This document shows, piece by piece, positions 38,515-52,396 of a DNA stretch of 64,000 nucleotides (the stretch's first letter is position 1; every line of letters begins with the position of its first letter). Made by a program: the position numbers and the translations under genes. Under the pieces are notes generated by a model, which worked only from the letters and a program-made list of their open reading frames with translations, made no database searches and was not told the origin of the DNA. This DNA comes from Blasia pusilla. Lineage: Eukaryota. The stretch spans positions 6,262,001-6,326,000 of the forward strand of contig CM114271.1 of NCBI GenBank assembly GCA_050084515.1, given 5' to 3'.

Positions 38515-40921
38515 ATGGATTGTTCATGTCCTAGGTAGGGGATACCACAACACTTGAGTTGAGACCACCGTAGTGTCAAGGGGAGAACTGAATTGGGGAT
38601 CTCTTTGAGAGGTTTTTATTCCATTTTGATTACACCACTTAGACATCTATCATTTGATGACCAAGAGAGAGGAAATAAGATAAGAGAGGATGAGACTAAG
38701 GGAAAGAGCCCTTTCTCCAACTCTCTTTTGAGGGATGAACTTAAGCAATATGGAAGGGAACGAAAAATTCCCTAACAATAGTTCTTGTAAGGCTATGTCT
38801 TACGTTATAGATGACCATGGCCATAACTTAGCTAGTATACTTATCCTGCAAGAACGTCTCAATGATATGTGTTATGAGCTAAAGGTGCTTTGCAAATATG
38901 ATGGCTTATCCAAAGGATGCCAAATTAGTTGCACATATGTTGCGTTTAGACTCCATGTGACCCAGAGGTTTCCAAAAGAAGCAGCTATGTGTTGACTTGG
39001 CCCACACATATGCTTAGGCCACACCTTATTTTCATACTACTCTCTTATTGGTGTAGATTTTTCACGAGAATATCCTACCTCTATGCATAACTTGCATAGC
39101 TTCTTAGCAATGCACTTTTTAGTTTTGTGCATGTGCATCTATTTTTGGACAAAAGAAATACATCGCTACGACTCTAATATACTATTTTTCTGCAAAGTAA
39201 CCCTTCTTGTTATGGAACTACATTGTCTTAGTGCATTTTAGTAGCTACACTTCTGCATGTCTATTGTCTTAAGGTTCAATAGTGTTCTAATGTGCTTTTC
39301 CTACACTGTTCCTTGCGATTTGTCTTTTACAAAACACTATTCTTACAATTTTTACGATATTGTTGGTGTTTCATTATTAGCCAATTAGGTTTTGGTGCTA
39401 AGGTCTTAGGAATAATCTCATTAGTTTTATGTTTTTTACAACTTGTTGTTATGTCCCAAGCAATAACATAGCCATTCCTTTTACTTTATGTCAATTTTTT
39501 GCCCTTTATGCAATATACTCAATTCTGCACTTGCAATGGATAATGTTGAATTTTCCTCCTTATGGATAATGTTGAATCATAAGGAGCCACTGCCTCTTAA
39601 TCTTTCATTGTCTCATTCATAATCTTAGAATTCCCCCATTTCTTTCCTTTTGTGTATTTGCTCTCATGCGCTCATTTTATTTTCCCCAACCACTTAAATG
39701 ATTGTTCAGGGATAACACTACATCTATGTTGGGAAACCTGAGGTCTCATAGAACATTCCCCTAAACTCTACTTACATTTGCCTCACTTGTAGCATCTGAT
39801 TTTCAAGGTACTTTTGTTGGATCGAGTGTTCTTTCTCAGCATTCATCTTCATGGCATATTTTATTACACCGACAAAGTAATTCTCTCCATACAAAAATCT
39901 ACAATTAATGATATACAATAATTTTGCTATTCCACGTGGTTGTCCGAGGACTATACATAGTTTTTCCATGGCTTAATTCAATGCAATCGAGAGAAGACCA
40001 CGATTGTCACACAATGTGTAGGCTCGACTCTACAACTTGCATGCATATGGATCATATCTCAACTGTGTAAGTGTCCCTTCTATGACTGAAAAATGCTAAG
40101 TGATAAGCAAGGGTTGTTTGGCTACCTTTGTTCATAGTCTCCATATCCAAGGCAAACATCTATTACTCTACACATGAACAAACCTATTACAGGCTCATGT
40201 TACATAACTATGCCCAAATTTTCACCTTTGCTATTCTTGGACTAGCCTCGTCATAGTATGCAAACTTATTATTACCTGCACCTTTTAGAAATCTGCCCTT
40301 GTCTTGGCAGGGAAGTGTATACAGGTTATGATCTTTACATTCATGGCGATCACAATTGAAAAATATGTCATACAAAAGCGATATGGAGTTAGTACTTACA
40401 ACTACAAGTTTCTTTATTTTGAATTTAGCTCTTTGTCCAGTCTTCTTTGAATTAAGACTTTTGCTTTCTTTCTATCATTGGCGCAATGGACTATCCAAAT
40501 ATGGCCTCATCTTGTGCGGTTCAAATATAGCTTGTGATTATTGACTAATCTTTGCTTCCAAAGTTTGTTAACCGCTAGTATGTCTTACACCATAGTGGGT
40601 AAGCTCATTAGCATTTGTGTCTATTGTGGAGGAAATTTTGTGTCAGATATAATAACGATAGTGTAATTGTGCCATCAAGAATCGAAGTGGTACCAAAAAC
40701 ATCATATTCACCTATGGGAGGCAAAGGCTTCTAGACAACTTACACTTGTAAGTTCTAGCAAATACAAAATCTTTCTATCGATCAGTTGAGTCTTAAGTTC
40801 CACTCAAATTTGGACATCATATTATGCTGGCAATGCATATTCTTAGGCACTCAATTGATATATATCTTTCCATGCATTATACTTTTTGTTGGACATCAGA
40901 CCAATGTCTCTTAACAACATT

Positions 40922-42519
40922 TGATGCTTCAATCTAACTTGCCCAAACCAATTTACAGAGGTGCGGAGTTGCAAAGAAAAAGATGCAGAGAAGAAAGTAG
41001 AAGCAATTCACATTGTAGTTGCTATGGTTCCTCACACATCTGGCCAAAGAAAGCGCATTGTCGCAAATTCGGTAAAATAAGGAGGTTTTAGTGAAGTATT
41101 TTACCATGATGTAGTGCCCACGTTTTTGAAATTTTGATAGAAAGAGCATTTTTGTAAATAGGTCTTCCTTGAGCGAGGACTAAAGACTCAATACCGGAAG
41201 TAAAGAGTCTTCCTTTACTGAAATTGTGTGAGAACATTGATTGACAGAACTCTGATGAGAGGACAAGAGATGTTAGAAAATTAAGTCTTGGAAGAGTGAG
41301 AATTGTGTAAAAGTAAGGAAAGATAGGAAAAGAAGTAAGAAGAGGAAGCGCGGGTACTTTGCAAGGAAGACCACAGGAAGAACAGTGTGAAAGATTGTCA
41401 ACAAAGATTGGAATTTTTTTTTTTGTAAATAAGACTGAAGGTAGTCTTTGTGCGAAGACTTGGTACAAAGAACGAAGACCCAAGAGCAAAGACTAAGAAC
41501 TCTAAGAAGGAAGAGGAAGAAGCAAAGGAAGTCAAAGAGTCTTCACAAAGTGGAAAGATGTATTAAGAATAGGAATAGAAAGATAGAGAATGCTTTGGAT
41601 TGAAAGAAAGTAGAAAGGAGGACTCTTTTCGGAGATAGAAGGATAAGGATTTTCGCGAAGATAGGATCGCAAAGATAAGACTACGAAGAATGTGAAAAGT
41701 GCTAAGATTGTGAAGACCAAATTGTCAGGGCAATTTTGGAAGCCGGAAATGTAGCGGCGCAACGATTCAAAAGGAAGCGGAACTGAATCGTCAGGGCAAC
41801 CAACCGTCTTGGGAAGATGGAGGGTTGGAGAATCTGAACCGAGGAGGTTAGGGTTAGCAGTTAGAAATCTAGAGTAGAATAGAAAGATCAATTAGGAATT
41901 GTGAAAGACTATTTAAAGAGCATATTAGTAGAAGAAGGGGTCATTCCCTAGTGTCCTAAATCTTCAAAATACTTATGATTGAGCGAATGAAGAGGGATCA
42001 TTCCCTTGTGTCTGGACTTTCCCAGTACTTGTGAGGGTTGTATGAATAGATTGTTGAGGTATGATCCAAGCTGAAGAGTCTTTTACTTTTTGAAGCTTGT
42101 AATAATTTATAATTCTTTCCACTCTTTGATGCAGAAGAAGAGTCTTCTCTCATGCTTTCTGATGTGTGGAATTGAATGTGGATCCTATTGGGTTGCAGTA
42201 GAGATGAGAGTTGAGTCTTGTGATTTCGAAATTACGGAAGATAATCAAGAAGTGCGTAGGAAAGCTGTTAGACAGTGAGTAACTTGCCATGACAGATTCA
42301 ATTATGAAAGTAGGGTGAGCGGCCATTCTTGAAGTCTCTTTGAGGTCTTCGTGGAGCTTTGTTATTGCAGATTCGAAAGAGTCTTCGTGTGCACTTCAGA
42401 AGAGTCTTTTCCGAGAGGGGAGAAACTCCTTTTATTCTTTTTGTACTTGTAAAGAAAATATAGTTGTAGTTAGTCGGTAAAATCAGTGAAGAAGGAGTTA
42501 TTCTTGTTATTTCTTATCA
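40922..42519 (+). mobile_element. Possible solo LTR; boundaries uncertain
   Basis: GA-rich block with repeated gaagagtctt motifs, TATA-like ctatttaaag (~41909), ending ...tatca at 42519. No matching TSD found. Confidence 0.35.
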
Positions 42520-44269
42520 AAACACTTTTTCTTTACTTAGGAAACAATGGTCAATTGCAAGTGGAAGAGAAGATGGCCAAGAACCAAACTCTGATTGAGG
42601 AGAAGTTGGAAAAAGATCAAAAACATCAGAATGAGGCATTTTCCATGCTTGTTGAAATGATCAACAAGCTATCAAAGAAGAAGGGGACGCAACCATCTTC
42701 ATCAAGAGACCACATTTGTGATCAAGGGGAGGGTAAGACATGATCACTTGCATGTTTTCGTATTGGATCGTTCAAGGTATTCTTGAATAGCTGATTAGAT
42801 TCTCCTATTTTGTATACAGTAGGCCGTGTTGGTGTTCAGGAAGAGAAGGTGAAAGTTTAGAGTTTAGTGGTGGTTCTCACAAAGAACCGTTGAGAGAGTC
42901 AAAAGAGCATGATCGACCAATGCGGAGTGGTAAGTCTTGAAGGTTGATGATAAGCTTTTTGCTGATTATAGAGAAAAAAATACATATCTGAATATGGTTG
43001 TACTAAATGCATGTTCTTGCTTAAGTGATAGTGAGGAAAACTTCTGAAGTGATGATATCTTCCCCATCAGAAAAAATTGGAGGTTCAACCCCAGCTGGTT
43101 TGTGTCTTTCCTTTTTTAATTACATCATGATTGTTATGATTTTCATGTAGACTAAACATTGCAATCCTAGTCTTTGACACCATTAGTTCAAGACTAACTC
43201 TCAAAATGTGCAGATTCCATCCTTGTGGAGCACTTATCACCGGAAAAAAAAAGACGTTTAGGAAGAGTACAAGGCGACACAATTCACACTGCAAGCAGCA
43301 AACATGACAACAATGTGAAATCAAGGAGCAATAAGAAACTCACAGGGAAGGTAAATTTACTTTCCTATTAAACTTTGAGGGTGCATTAGATTCATGATAA
43401 TATTTCTAGATATCCTAAACATTGATACTTTGATATTATAAATGATAGAGGATTATTTATATCAAGTGGGATGTGTGAAGTTATCAAGATTTATACCTAT
43501 GCAAGGTTGGACCACCACGAAGGTAAAAGCATGTGGTTATTGGATTCTATATTATAAGTTATTTTTGGAACTTATTGAGATTTGTGACTTGCTGTTCCAT
43601 CTTGTGTTTGCAACTTCAAGTGGGAGATGAAGTTCACATCACAAAACCGAAGCTTAGTAGGAAAATATTGGGAAACGGTGTAGTGAGGGGATTGAGTGGA
43701 CGTGAAAAATTTCATGGAAGTAATATTCCTCCGGGAATAGTGGGAGTGGAACTCAAGAGTGTCCATCTTGCCTTTTTTGGATCATAAGTTGTGGCAGCCA
43801 AATGAGCATGACTTGCCACCTCAATATACCTTGGGTGATGCTCTTGGGGGTTCAATTCTTTGGCCTGAAATGAATTTGAAGAATTAGTATTACCTGTTGA
43901 TATTTTATTTCACATGCAATTTTGACAGCGTACCAAAACTAGGAATAAGTCTACATGAAGTTATCTTTGCGATATACAATGGGTCATTTTGTAAATCATT
44001 TCTATGAATATATGCATACCCTTATATTTTTTATCTAGCTATGTTTCTTACTTCTTCCCAATGTTTGAGATTATATCATGTCCCAGCTTACTCTCTTTCA
44101 ATGTGAAACTTGTTAGTAGGAGTATAACTAGCTACTAAATAGAAGGTATTATTCGTTGGATTTTTATAGGGAAACGTTTTGTACATGGGGCATCATATCC
44201 TACTTGAATGAAAAACTTCAAGTATCTTCCCCAAATCTCCTGAAGATAATGAACATCAAGTAATATAAA

Positions 44270-44771
44270 ACTGTCATACATGATACTAAGTCTCAAGTCA
44301 TATCAAAGAAACTGAGTCATTTACATGAGTCATATATGTCAAGCTTATATCATTTTTTCAAATCAGACTGATCAATATGACTTAGTCATATTTTATGACA
44401 TAATCATCATAAGTTATTTCAGAAAAATCTGAGTCATCTATATGACTCATTCATATTTTATGACTTAAGAAGAAAATCATTCATACAAATCAAAAAGATC
44501 AATATGACTAATTATCATATCATATGCTGACATGGCAATCGAAATATATGACTACATTTTGTCATACGTGGCTTATGACGTGTCAATTAGTGTTAATAAT
44601 GACTAGCCGAAATAATGACTAGAGTTATCCGAAAATGACTCTTATCATGGTATGGTACATGACTAGGCTCTTATGACTCCATGAGTCATCAATCATTTTC
44701 AATCATTTATGCATATGTATGACTAACATAAGTCATATGAGCAATGATAAAAACCAATATTTGTTCTAGTG
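44270..44771 (+). mobile_element. CACTA-like transposon 3' terminus with a subterminal repeat array
   Basis: Dense ATGACT/AGTCAT motifs in both orientations, ending in ...atttgttcTAGTG (44767-44771). The matching 5' CACTA end was not found. Confidence 0.55.
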
Positions 44772-46646
44772 CCAACTTTTGCTATGACTATTAATAAGTC
44801 TCAACATCAAAATTTGCAAAATGTTGGAATTTACTTGCCTATTCCCGTATTTTCTCATGGTCAATCGTATGTAGTATTATCTAGAGAACGAAGAGAAATA
44901 AAATCCACCTTACCATAAGAAGCAATAAACATTCAAACAAAAAAATGACTACACAAGAAATGTGATGTACAAAGAAATATTTGATTGAAATAAACATTAA
45001 AAAAATTTCAAACCCACGTTTGTATATTATTACTTTATTTCATGTGTATTGTCCCCTAATGAGGGGGGGGCAATAATACATCCCATGAGTACTTACTGGT
45101 ATGCAATTAAAATAAAAACCTTTTACCTATAATTAAACATAGAATTCTACTTCACGTCAGACTCCATGGCCCGGCTCAGCATACCGCCGTCAAGATGCTT
45201 CCATGCATGCGCGTAGAGGCTACCATACATAATGTACCAACCATACCATGCTTCTCTCTGCATGATGGAGTCATGGATATCCATGGTGCGATATGTTTCA
45301 AGCCTGTTAATAATGGAACTTCGCGGGTCCGGACTCCACAGAGACGGCTACTGTTGACTCAAAGGTGCCCTCAAACACTCCAGCTGCCTTCTTCGTCGCC
45401 GGCAGGATTGGTGCAAACAAGGCCGTGGCGCTGCAGACACAAGACGGTTACAGCAGAATGTTGGTGTGGGACGCATTGGAGCGGCGTTATCCGAGAGCTC
45501 TTGACTTTCTGATCATGGGAGGTGATATGTGACTGACAACTTTCTTGACAGTATTTTCGTCACATATCCTATCCCGTGCGGGAACGAATTGTGGAATGTA
45601 ACACGGTCTATCTCCTTCTTCGTTAACGCTCTCATAGTATTGTTACGCCGTACATGACATTGTACGCAAGTGAACGTGTCTTCTCTCCATGTACATATCT
45701 CCGTTTCATCGAATCGGATTGATATGGAACTTGGAACTACAAATATTCGCCGTAAGATGAATATGGCCTTCGTGACATCATGAACTATTCTAATATTAGG
45801 AGCATTTGCAATGAACAACTAGGTTTTCATAATGACACTTCCATTTCAAATGAAGACTAACCTGGAGCTCTCCACGGTGAAGATGGTCTCCGGCTCCTTG
45901 GGGCAAGAGTTGCTGTTTGCATTGAATGAATGGCACCAGTTAGCAATCGTTACGATTGTTTGTGCTGTCGTAGATGAACGGGAGCTCAAAGGATTTTAGC
46001 ACTTTAAGATCGCTTTCTAACCGTACGAGATGTGATATATATATATATATAAATAAAATTTGAACACATTTCCCGAGATCATAACATTAGCGTATAAATA
46101 TTTCAGCCTATTTGACGTGCTTCCACAGCACAAACAATGTCCATTCCGACCTATCACCGATTTTTTAACTCACTTGACAGACATACGTAGATATGTATGA
46201 ATAGAACTGAAGTTAGCTCTATCAAGCATTCATCTCATCTACAACATCTAAACGTACATTATTGAATAACTAGTATTAGATATTCGAGACAACTTCAATA
46301 AACCTTGAGTATCGATACTGCTGACATTAACGAACGTGGACTCGTAATATGTGACGTCCGATTCGAGTCAATCTGTGTAGGATAATCTGTGACACTACGT
46401 ATTATCCAGAACTTGACCTACCCCCAGTTCTACCTCTCTTATTAACAATCTTAAATAAATGTTAGTCTAGAGTAGTTAACTGTCGACATCAAAAAGGGTG
46501 GACCTCAAAAAATGTCCGTATGAAATACATAAAATCCCCGGTGTTAACGCGAATGCTGTGTCTTGCTGAACTTGGATGACAAATCTAGAGTACAGACGCA
46601 GATTTGGATCCACAGATATCAAGTCTGATCTTGGAGGATGGGTCAC

Positions 46647-46698
46647 AGCCGGGAATTCTTGATCTCTGCGGCTACGCACAGATCAAGAATTCCCGGCT
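46647..46698. repeat. 52-nt hairpin (19-bp perfect stem, one mismatch, 4-bp stem, tetraloop)
   Basis: agccgggaattcttgatct-c-tgcg-gcta-cgca-c-agatcaagaattcccggct. Confidence 0.9.
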
Positions 46699-48681
46699 AT
46701 TCAGAATTTCTTGCTCTATATTGTGATCGATTGACTGCCTGAATAACATGATAGATTGATGTAAGTGATGAGAGAGTGAGACGCGTACGAGCGGGCTCGA
46801 GGAACAGTCGCAGAACTTTCCACGTGTAGTAAAGTCAGACCAGACGATTTATGGACGGATACAATACCAAGCATTTTATCCTATATAACTAAGCATGTTA
46901 TCCAAGATAGAAACACATAAGCGCGCACTCACTCGCATACACCACCATTGCTGGTCTTCCTGTCGCAGTCACAGCCAGTCGACATCCTGACGAGTTGAAC
47001 TGAACCAACGTGTGAGATAAAATTGACAAAGTTCACGATGCAGGAGCTTCAAATGCCAATCGGACTGCGAATGAATTGGGAATGGTACTCTTTTATACTA
47101 AATTCTCCCAGCACTTCCAGTTGTACATAAGTAAGCAGGATGGGGCTCACGGAGTATCAGGTGTGGCTCGCTTTGAACTTCTTCATAAGCGTGGGACCAG
47201 ATCAAGACTGGAGGGCGCAGACGTCGACGATCTCTCCTTCCCAGAAACTTGTCCGTGGGGGTGCCAAATAACGATTGATATCTGTCGGGCCGGCCAGCCG
47301 AAATTTTGGTGTCCCTGGCTATGGTGGGAAACCTCCCTCCATCACAAATTTCACTCAAGATACGCATCATGCACGTGCCAATGGCGTGGCGATGGGCCCA
47401 GAAGTGAGCAATCCCACCGGTATTCTTTCTTATCTCTTCGCGGCTTTCATTTCTTTTTCCTGGAGCTTGGATCGAGGTTTACGGCATCCTGAAGTACTGA
47501 CCCTTACAAGTGATGTCTGATTGTGCGTGCATGCATGCCTGCGGAGCTACAATGACACAAACAAACAAACAACTTCCGGACCACCGCACCCGCTTACCAT
47601 AGCTTGGGATCAATTATCTGTGCAGCTCTGTTACGTCGACCTGACCCAAATGACGCACTAAAGATGCCAAAGGCGGGCGGAGAGAGTCAATTGAAGTCAC
47701 CCCAAAGGTGATGCCCCGGGACTTTTGCTACATAGATCGATCATGAACCAATCGCCCCGGAAAGAATATCTCTTCACGAGTCTGAAGGTCGGGAGCTCTT
47801 CGTAGTATAGGTACCCGAGTATTTCAGAATATGGAATCGCAAAACCTATGGATAGGATCGATCGGCACCAACTCGAAGATCCACGCATCGACATGACAAG
47901 TCGGTAATTCGAACACCCCGAAGGCAGATAAACGCCAAAATCTCCCAGGTATCCATCCAATTCGCTCTTGAATCCCACTTAAATGTTTCAGAAAGCCTCT
48001 CCCGTTAGGGAGGGATATGGCGTTATAATTGAATCCTTGGAGAACAAGGGCTTGGGATTGCGTGGATAGAATCTATATTACCAATGCGAGCGAATCGAGG
48101 CATCGAGACGATTTCTCTGTAGTTGGATTATAGAACCACAGCATACACCCGCTGGAAGTATGCTGACAGTTTGAAGTTGGAGGTTGACCTTAAGGCGCCA
48201 GTTCGAAATGGTCTCGCCGTTCAAATTAAGACGAGAACTTGATGTCCGGCAGTCTCATTTAGGTTTTCTATAAGGACTTGATCACCGTCTCGGACATCCC
48301 TCCGGATACGACGGATGATCGGAAAGCCTAGTGGACTAAGCAAGCAAGCAGATTATTCTATATTGGTATGATGCTATTTGGATTTTCAAACTTTCCTTAG
48401 CATTTTTAATTCATTTTTCATGTACTTTTAAATAGGTTAGAATTAAAATTTATAATTTTAAAATCAGTTCAAAATAAATTCAAAATTTTAATTTTGGGTA
48501 ATTCAAATTATTGGTGATTGATTTTTTGTAAGTATGAAGATGTCTCATTCTGCTACTAAATCTCTAGTTCATGGAGTTACATTCTTGACAAGCGTCAAGA
48601 ATCTACCTCTATGAATTAGAGATTTAGCATCATAAAACGACGACTAGTGACCTAAAACAAGCCAACGTACATATATCATTA

Positions 48682-48872
48682 TCTATATTATTATTGGAGA
48701 GCACTTTCTTGATTTGCAAATACTTTTTTGTCTAACTGTCTAACATGTGGCAAGTGGGCAACAAAAAATGTTTCACATGTTACAAGCAGAATTTTCTTTT
48801 TGAATTTGTACGATAGCAAAAGTTCTTCGGACACTTTTTTATTTCTCATGCATCGCACGGGCACCTGACCAA
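48682..48872 (+). mobile_element. Degenerate mini-Helitron (~190 bp)
   Basis: 5' TCTATATTATTATTGGAGAG resembles the large Helitron's TCTATACTATTATGGGAGAG. 3' tgcatcgcacgggcacctgaccaa resembles tgcatcgcacgggcaccttactag; flanked by A and T. Confidence 0.65.
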
Positions 48873-49418
48873 TATATATAATGATTGTGCTATGCTTCGT
48901 TTGGCTTAGTTGCTCTTCATATATAGATTTATATATGCATAAACAAATATGGGAGGGCCCCTTTTGTGTGAATAGAGTAGCTTTCTGTATTTGACACAGC
49001 CGTCGAAGGAATGAACAAATGGAGTGGCAGATGGAGCATGTGCACTAGCTGGAAATATAACGATTGAGAGGGAGTTTTTAGGTTTATAATTCATCAAGAT
49101 GAAACCTCATGAAGTAGATGACATTCGCTCATAGTTGTGATATTACATGACATTTGGGAATGTAACTTTGAAACCGAAATGAGAGTGAGATTTAAAATAA
49201 TATTTGATAAACTAGCATGTAATTACATTTTTTTTCCATCTTCAACCCAAGGTTCCACATATTGAACATGGCATTCCCCCTTGTTAGTCTATGTATTTGT
49301 CATCTATTATTTTGCAACGGGATGAGAGGATTTTCATGTTAGAGATAGACTGATCCAGAAAGCAAGAAGGATGATTTCATATGGTATCTATCTTGTCTCC
49401 ATGAAGGCTTCATGCAGT

Positions 49419-49419
<1 letters not shown>

Positions 49420-49497
<78 letters not shown>
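49420..49497. repeat. (CT)n microsatellite
   Basis: Seen directly. Confidence 0.95.
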
Positions 49498-49498
<1 letters not shown>

Positions 49499-49759
49499 AA
49501 CTCTAGACCCCTCCCACTCTCCATGAAACCACTAGTTATGTTTTGGGAGGGGGTTGGGTCTAGAAGTCCTAGGTGATGAAGATGGATGAGAGTTTTTCCT
49601 AGGGGAATCATTACGATGGACGGGAAGAGAGTCGATTACCATGATTGCTAGTTCGGAAGGGGAATGTAGGGTTGATATTGGTGGGGATTGTCTCTTGAGT
49701 TTGATGAAATGGGTCATGTTCTCTTGTTGGTGAGTTATATGCATGCCTTGGTCCACATC

Positions 49760-51401
49760 AATCCCCCATGTGGGGACCCGCGGGTTTTCTAGTGGAGATA
49801 TGAAATGCTCTTGTTGTTTTGAATTCTTCACTTGTTCAAGAATTCATAACCATTTAGGAGCTAAGGATCCCAACTTTGATAAATTTGGATGGGTGGTTCC
49901 TCCATTCAGCCATAGATGCTTTCTGGTACTTCCCGCATCATCACCCTCTCCTGAGGCATGGGAGTGGTTGAGGATCCACCTAGGCAGCATCATAGATCTC
50001 TTCGAGACCCGTTTTCCGTGCACAAGGTTGTTCCATAGGATCCCCCATGCTATTCGGGATGACCTCCATCATGCTTTCCTCATCCCGCTAGCTAGGATCT
50101 CACTTGATCCTATGGACAAACCCTATTGGTATCTACTACTTCTCCTTCCAAGATGGTGTCTCGATTATACCCAGGGAGGGATTTAGGGAAGGCTGGCCAT
50201 AGAGAGGTTGTGGCCTGATTGAGCGTTTTCAAGGAGGTGATTAGAAGTCTATGCAGAGCCAGTTTCTGACGTATGCCACAGGTAGTAGTTCACTCCGTTT
50301 CCCATCGGATGATGTTGTAGCAGTTATGTTGCAACGATGTAGGACACTTGGATGAGCTTGTGACTACTTGCGAGCTCCTCATGCTCTTTTCCTGATGGAC
50401 ATGGCACCTCCATAACTTTTTACCATTGATGCCCTCCAGAGGCTACATCCTCATCCAACGGTTGACATTCTAGCTTTAGCACGTGACTTCCATCCTTGCA
50501 CACCTATATGCCTTGACCCAACCTTATTTACACGAGCACTCTGACGTTCTCCTAGGATTGTGGCCGGAGGATTGTCTGATCTGATATACAAAACCCTTCA
50601 TGATTTCTTTCCTCCCAAGGACTTTGCTAGTGGCTTTTCTGAGTTGGTGTAGGTTGCCTCTCACCTAACTCAGGGGGGAGTGCCAACATCAAGAGCTTAA
50701 GTATTAGGGGGGTTGAATTTTGGCATTGTGGAAGGAGGGTGGAAGGATTCATCCAATCGCCATAGATGAGGTGCTCTTGTGGTTAGCAAGTCGCACTATT
50801 GCTTTGCAATTCCGTGAGGCCCTCTAGTCACATGTGAGTCCACATCAGTTTGGAGTTGCCACACTAACCGACTATGAGACAGTAGCCTTAGGTTTGAGAG
50901 CTTGTTCTGATGTACATCTTGAGTGGGTGGTTCTCCAAGTAGATGTGGAGAACATCTTCAACTCAGTGTCATGGGAAGCTATCTTCACAAAGTTGAGGGA
51001 CGTAGGTGGCTCCATTGCGAGCCTCATTCCTTTGATGCACACTTTCTATGGGCCCCATCTGCCATATATTTCCACCATGGTCAATTCAACGAGGAGGTCA
51101 CAATTTTGGAGTATGCCACCAGAACTTGGAAGGGTGATTCCCTAGGTGGTACATTGTTTCTTTGGCTCATTACCAAGCGGTTCTTTGTATGATGGAGGCC
51201 TTTCCAAGTTTTATTTTCCCCTTTTTGGAATTCTACTCAATTTTTGGCGTTGAAGATCTAGTAGTCCTTGCATTTCAGCACTCTTTTGCAGAGTCAGCAT
51301 GTGTTGGCCTTGCGGTAAAGGTGGGAAAGTACAACGCTTAGTCTCCTTCAAGCCTTCCCGATGATGTTCACTTATCCGACGGGTTCATATCACCTATCAA
51401 G
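49760..51401 (+). mobile_element. Degenerate CRE-like (RLE-type) non-LTR retrotransposon, RT region, cut off at 51402 by an LTR
   Basis: Fragments WYLLLLLPRWCL, LALWKEGGRIHPIAIDEVLL, SPHQFGVAT..ETVALGLRA, WVVLQVDVENIFNSVS, TRTWKGDSLGGTLF (the G.RQGDPLG motif). Confidence 0.7.
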
Positions 51402-51723
51402 TGTCATGAACCAAATGTCAAAATAGCGCGGCTCTTGATCCCACGAGCACTCCCATGAGCCATGAAGCAAGGAACACGGTCCCCAACCTGCACCAAACAT
51501 CGAGCAACCAGCGAGCTCCCCCATGAAGCTCTCTCACCCTCTCATTCTCTCTTTGTAAAATAAGGTGAAATCTCTCTTACAATATCTCATATGTACACTC
51601 TCACATGTCTCTCTCAATATCAAACCAAAACCACTCTCCTAATGAGAGGCTTGGGTTACACTCACAAGGCAAGGGACCATAGCTCTGCCGCCTCGTGTTA
51701 AGAGGCTCAACAAAGAGAGAATG

Positions 51724-51810
<87 letters not shown>

Positions 51811-52127
51811 TGAGGTATGCCCCTCCCCTCTCCCAAGCTCTTTCCATGGTAACCTATGCTCCCAAGTCACCTCCCTGGCTCTTGACCTCATGTAGGAGGT
51901 CAAGGGCCTCTTCCTAAAATAGAAAGTTGACCATATACTCAAAATGGTACTGACCTTAAATAGTAAGTTCCTCAATATGGCTCCAAATGAGCCGAAACGA
52001 AGAGAAAACCTGATCTCTTAGGTTTCCTGGGGCCTCAATAAGTCATCCTCCACCTCTTGATCCTGTCCTCCACTACTTGCAAAGACGCTCTACTAGATCT
52101 CACCGATCTTTCCTAAAAGACGTGACA
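51402..52127 (-). repeat. LTR-like unit (TGTCATG...CGTGACA) containing an expanded (CT)n tract
   Basis: Inverted termini; 51580-51875 is clearly similar to 62915-63143 and, inverted, to 62255-62350. (CT)n at 51726-51808. Confidence 0.55.
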
Positions 52128-52175
52128 ACTGTCGTGCGCATACACATCGCTACACAACATACATCGCTATCAATG

Positions 52176-52396
<221 letters not shown>

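Noticed and set aside
38760-40900. Possible CACTA transposase relic upstream of the TAGTG end
   Set aside because: Too degenerate to recognise motifs by eye.
47215-47255. Peptide SFWEGEIVD on the - strand resembling GID4/Vid24
   Set aside because: The match is short, flanked by stops, with no further similarity.
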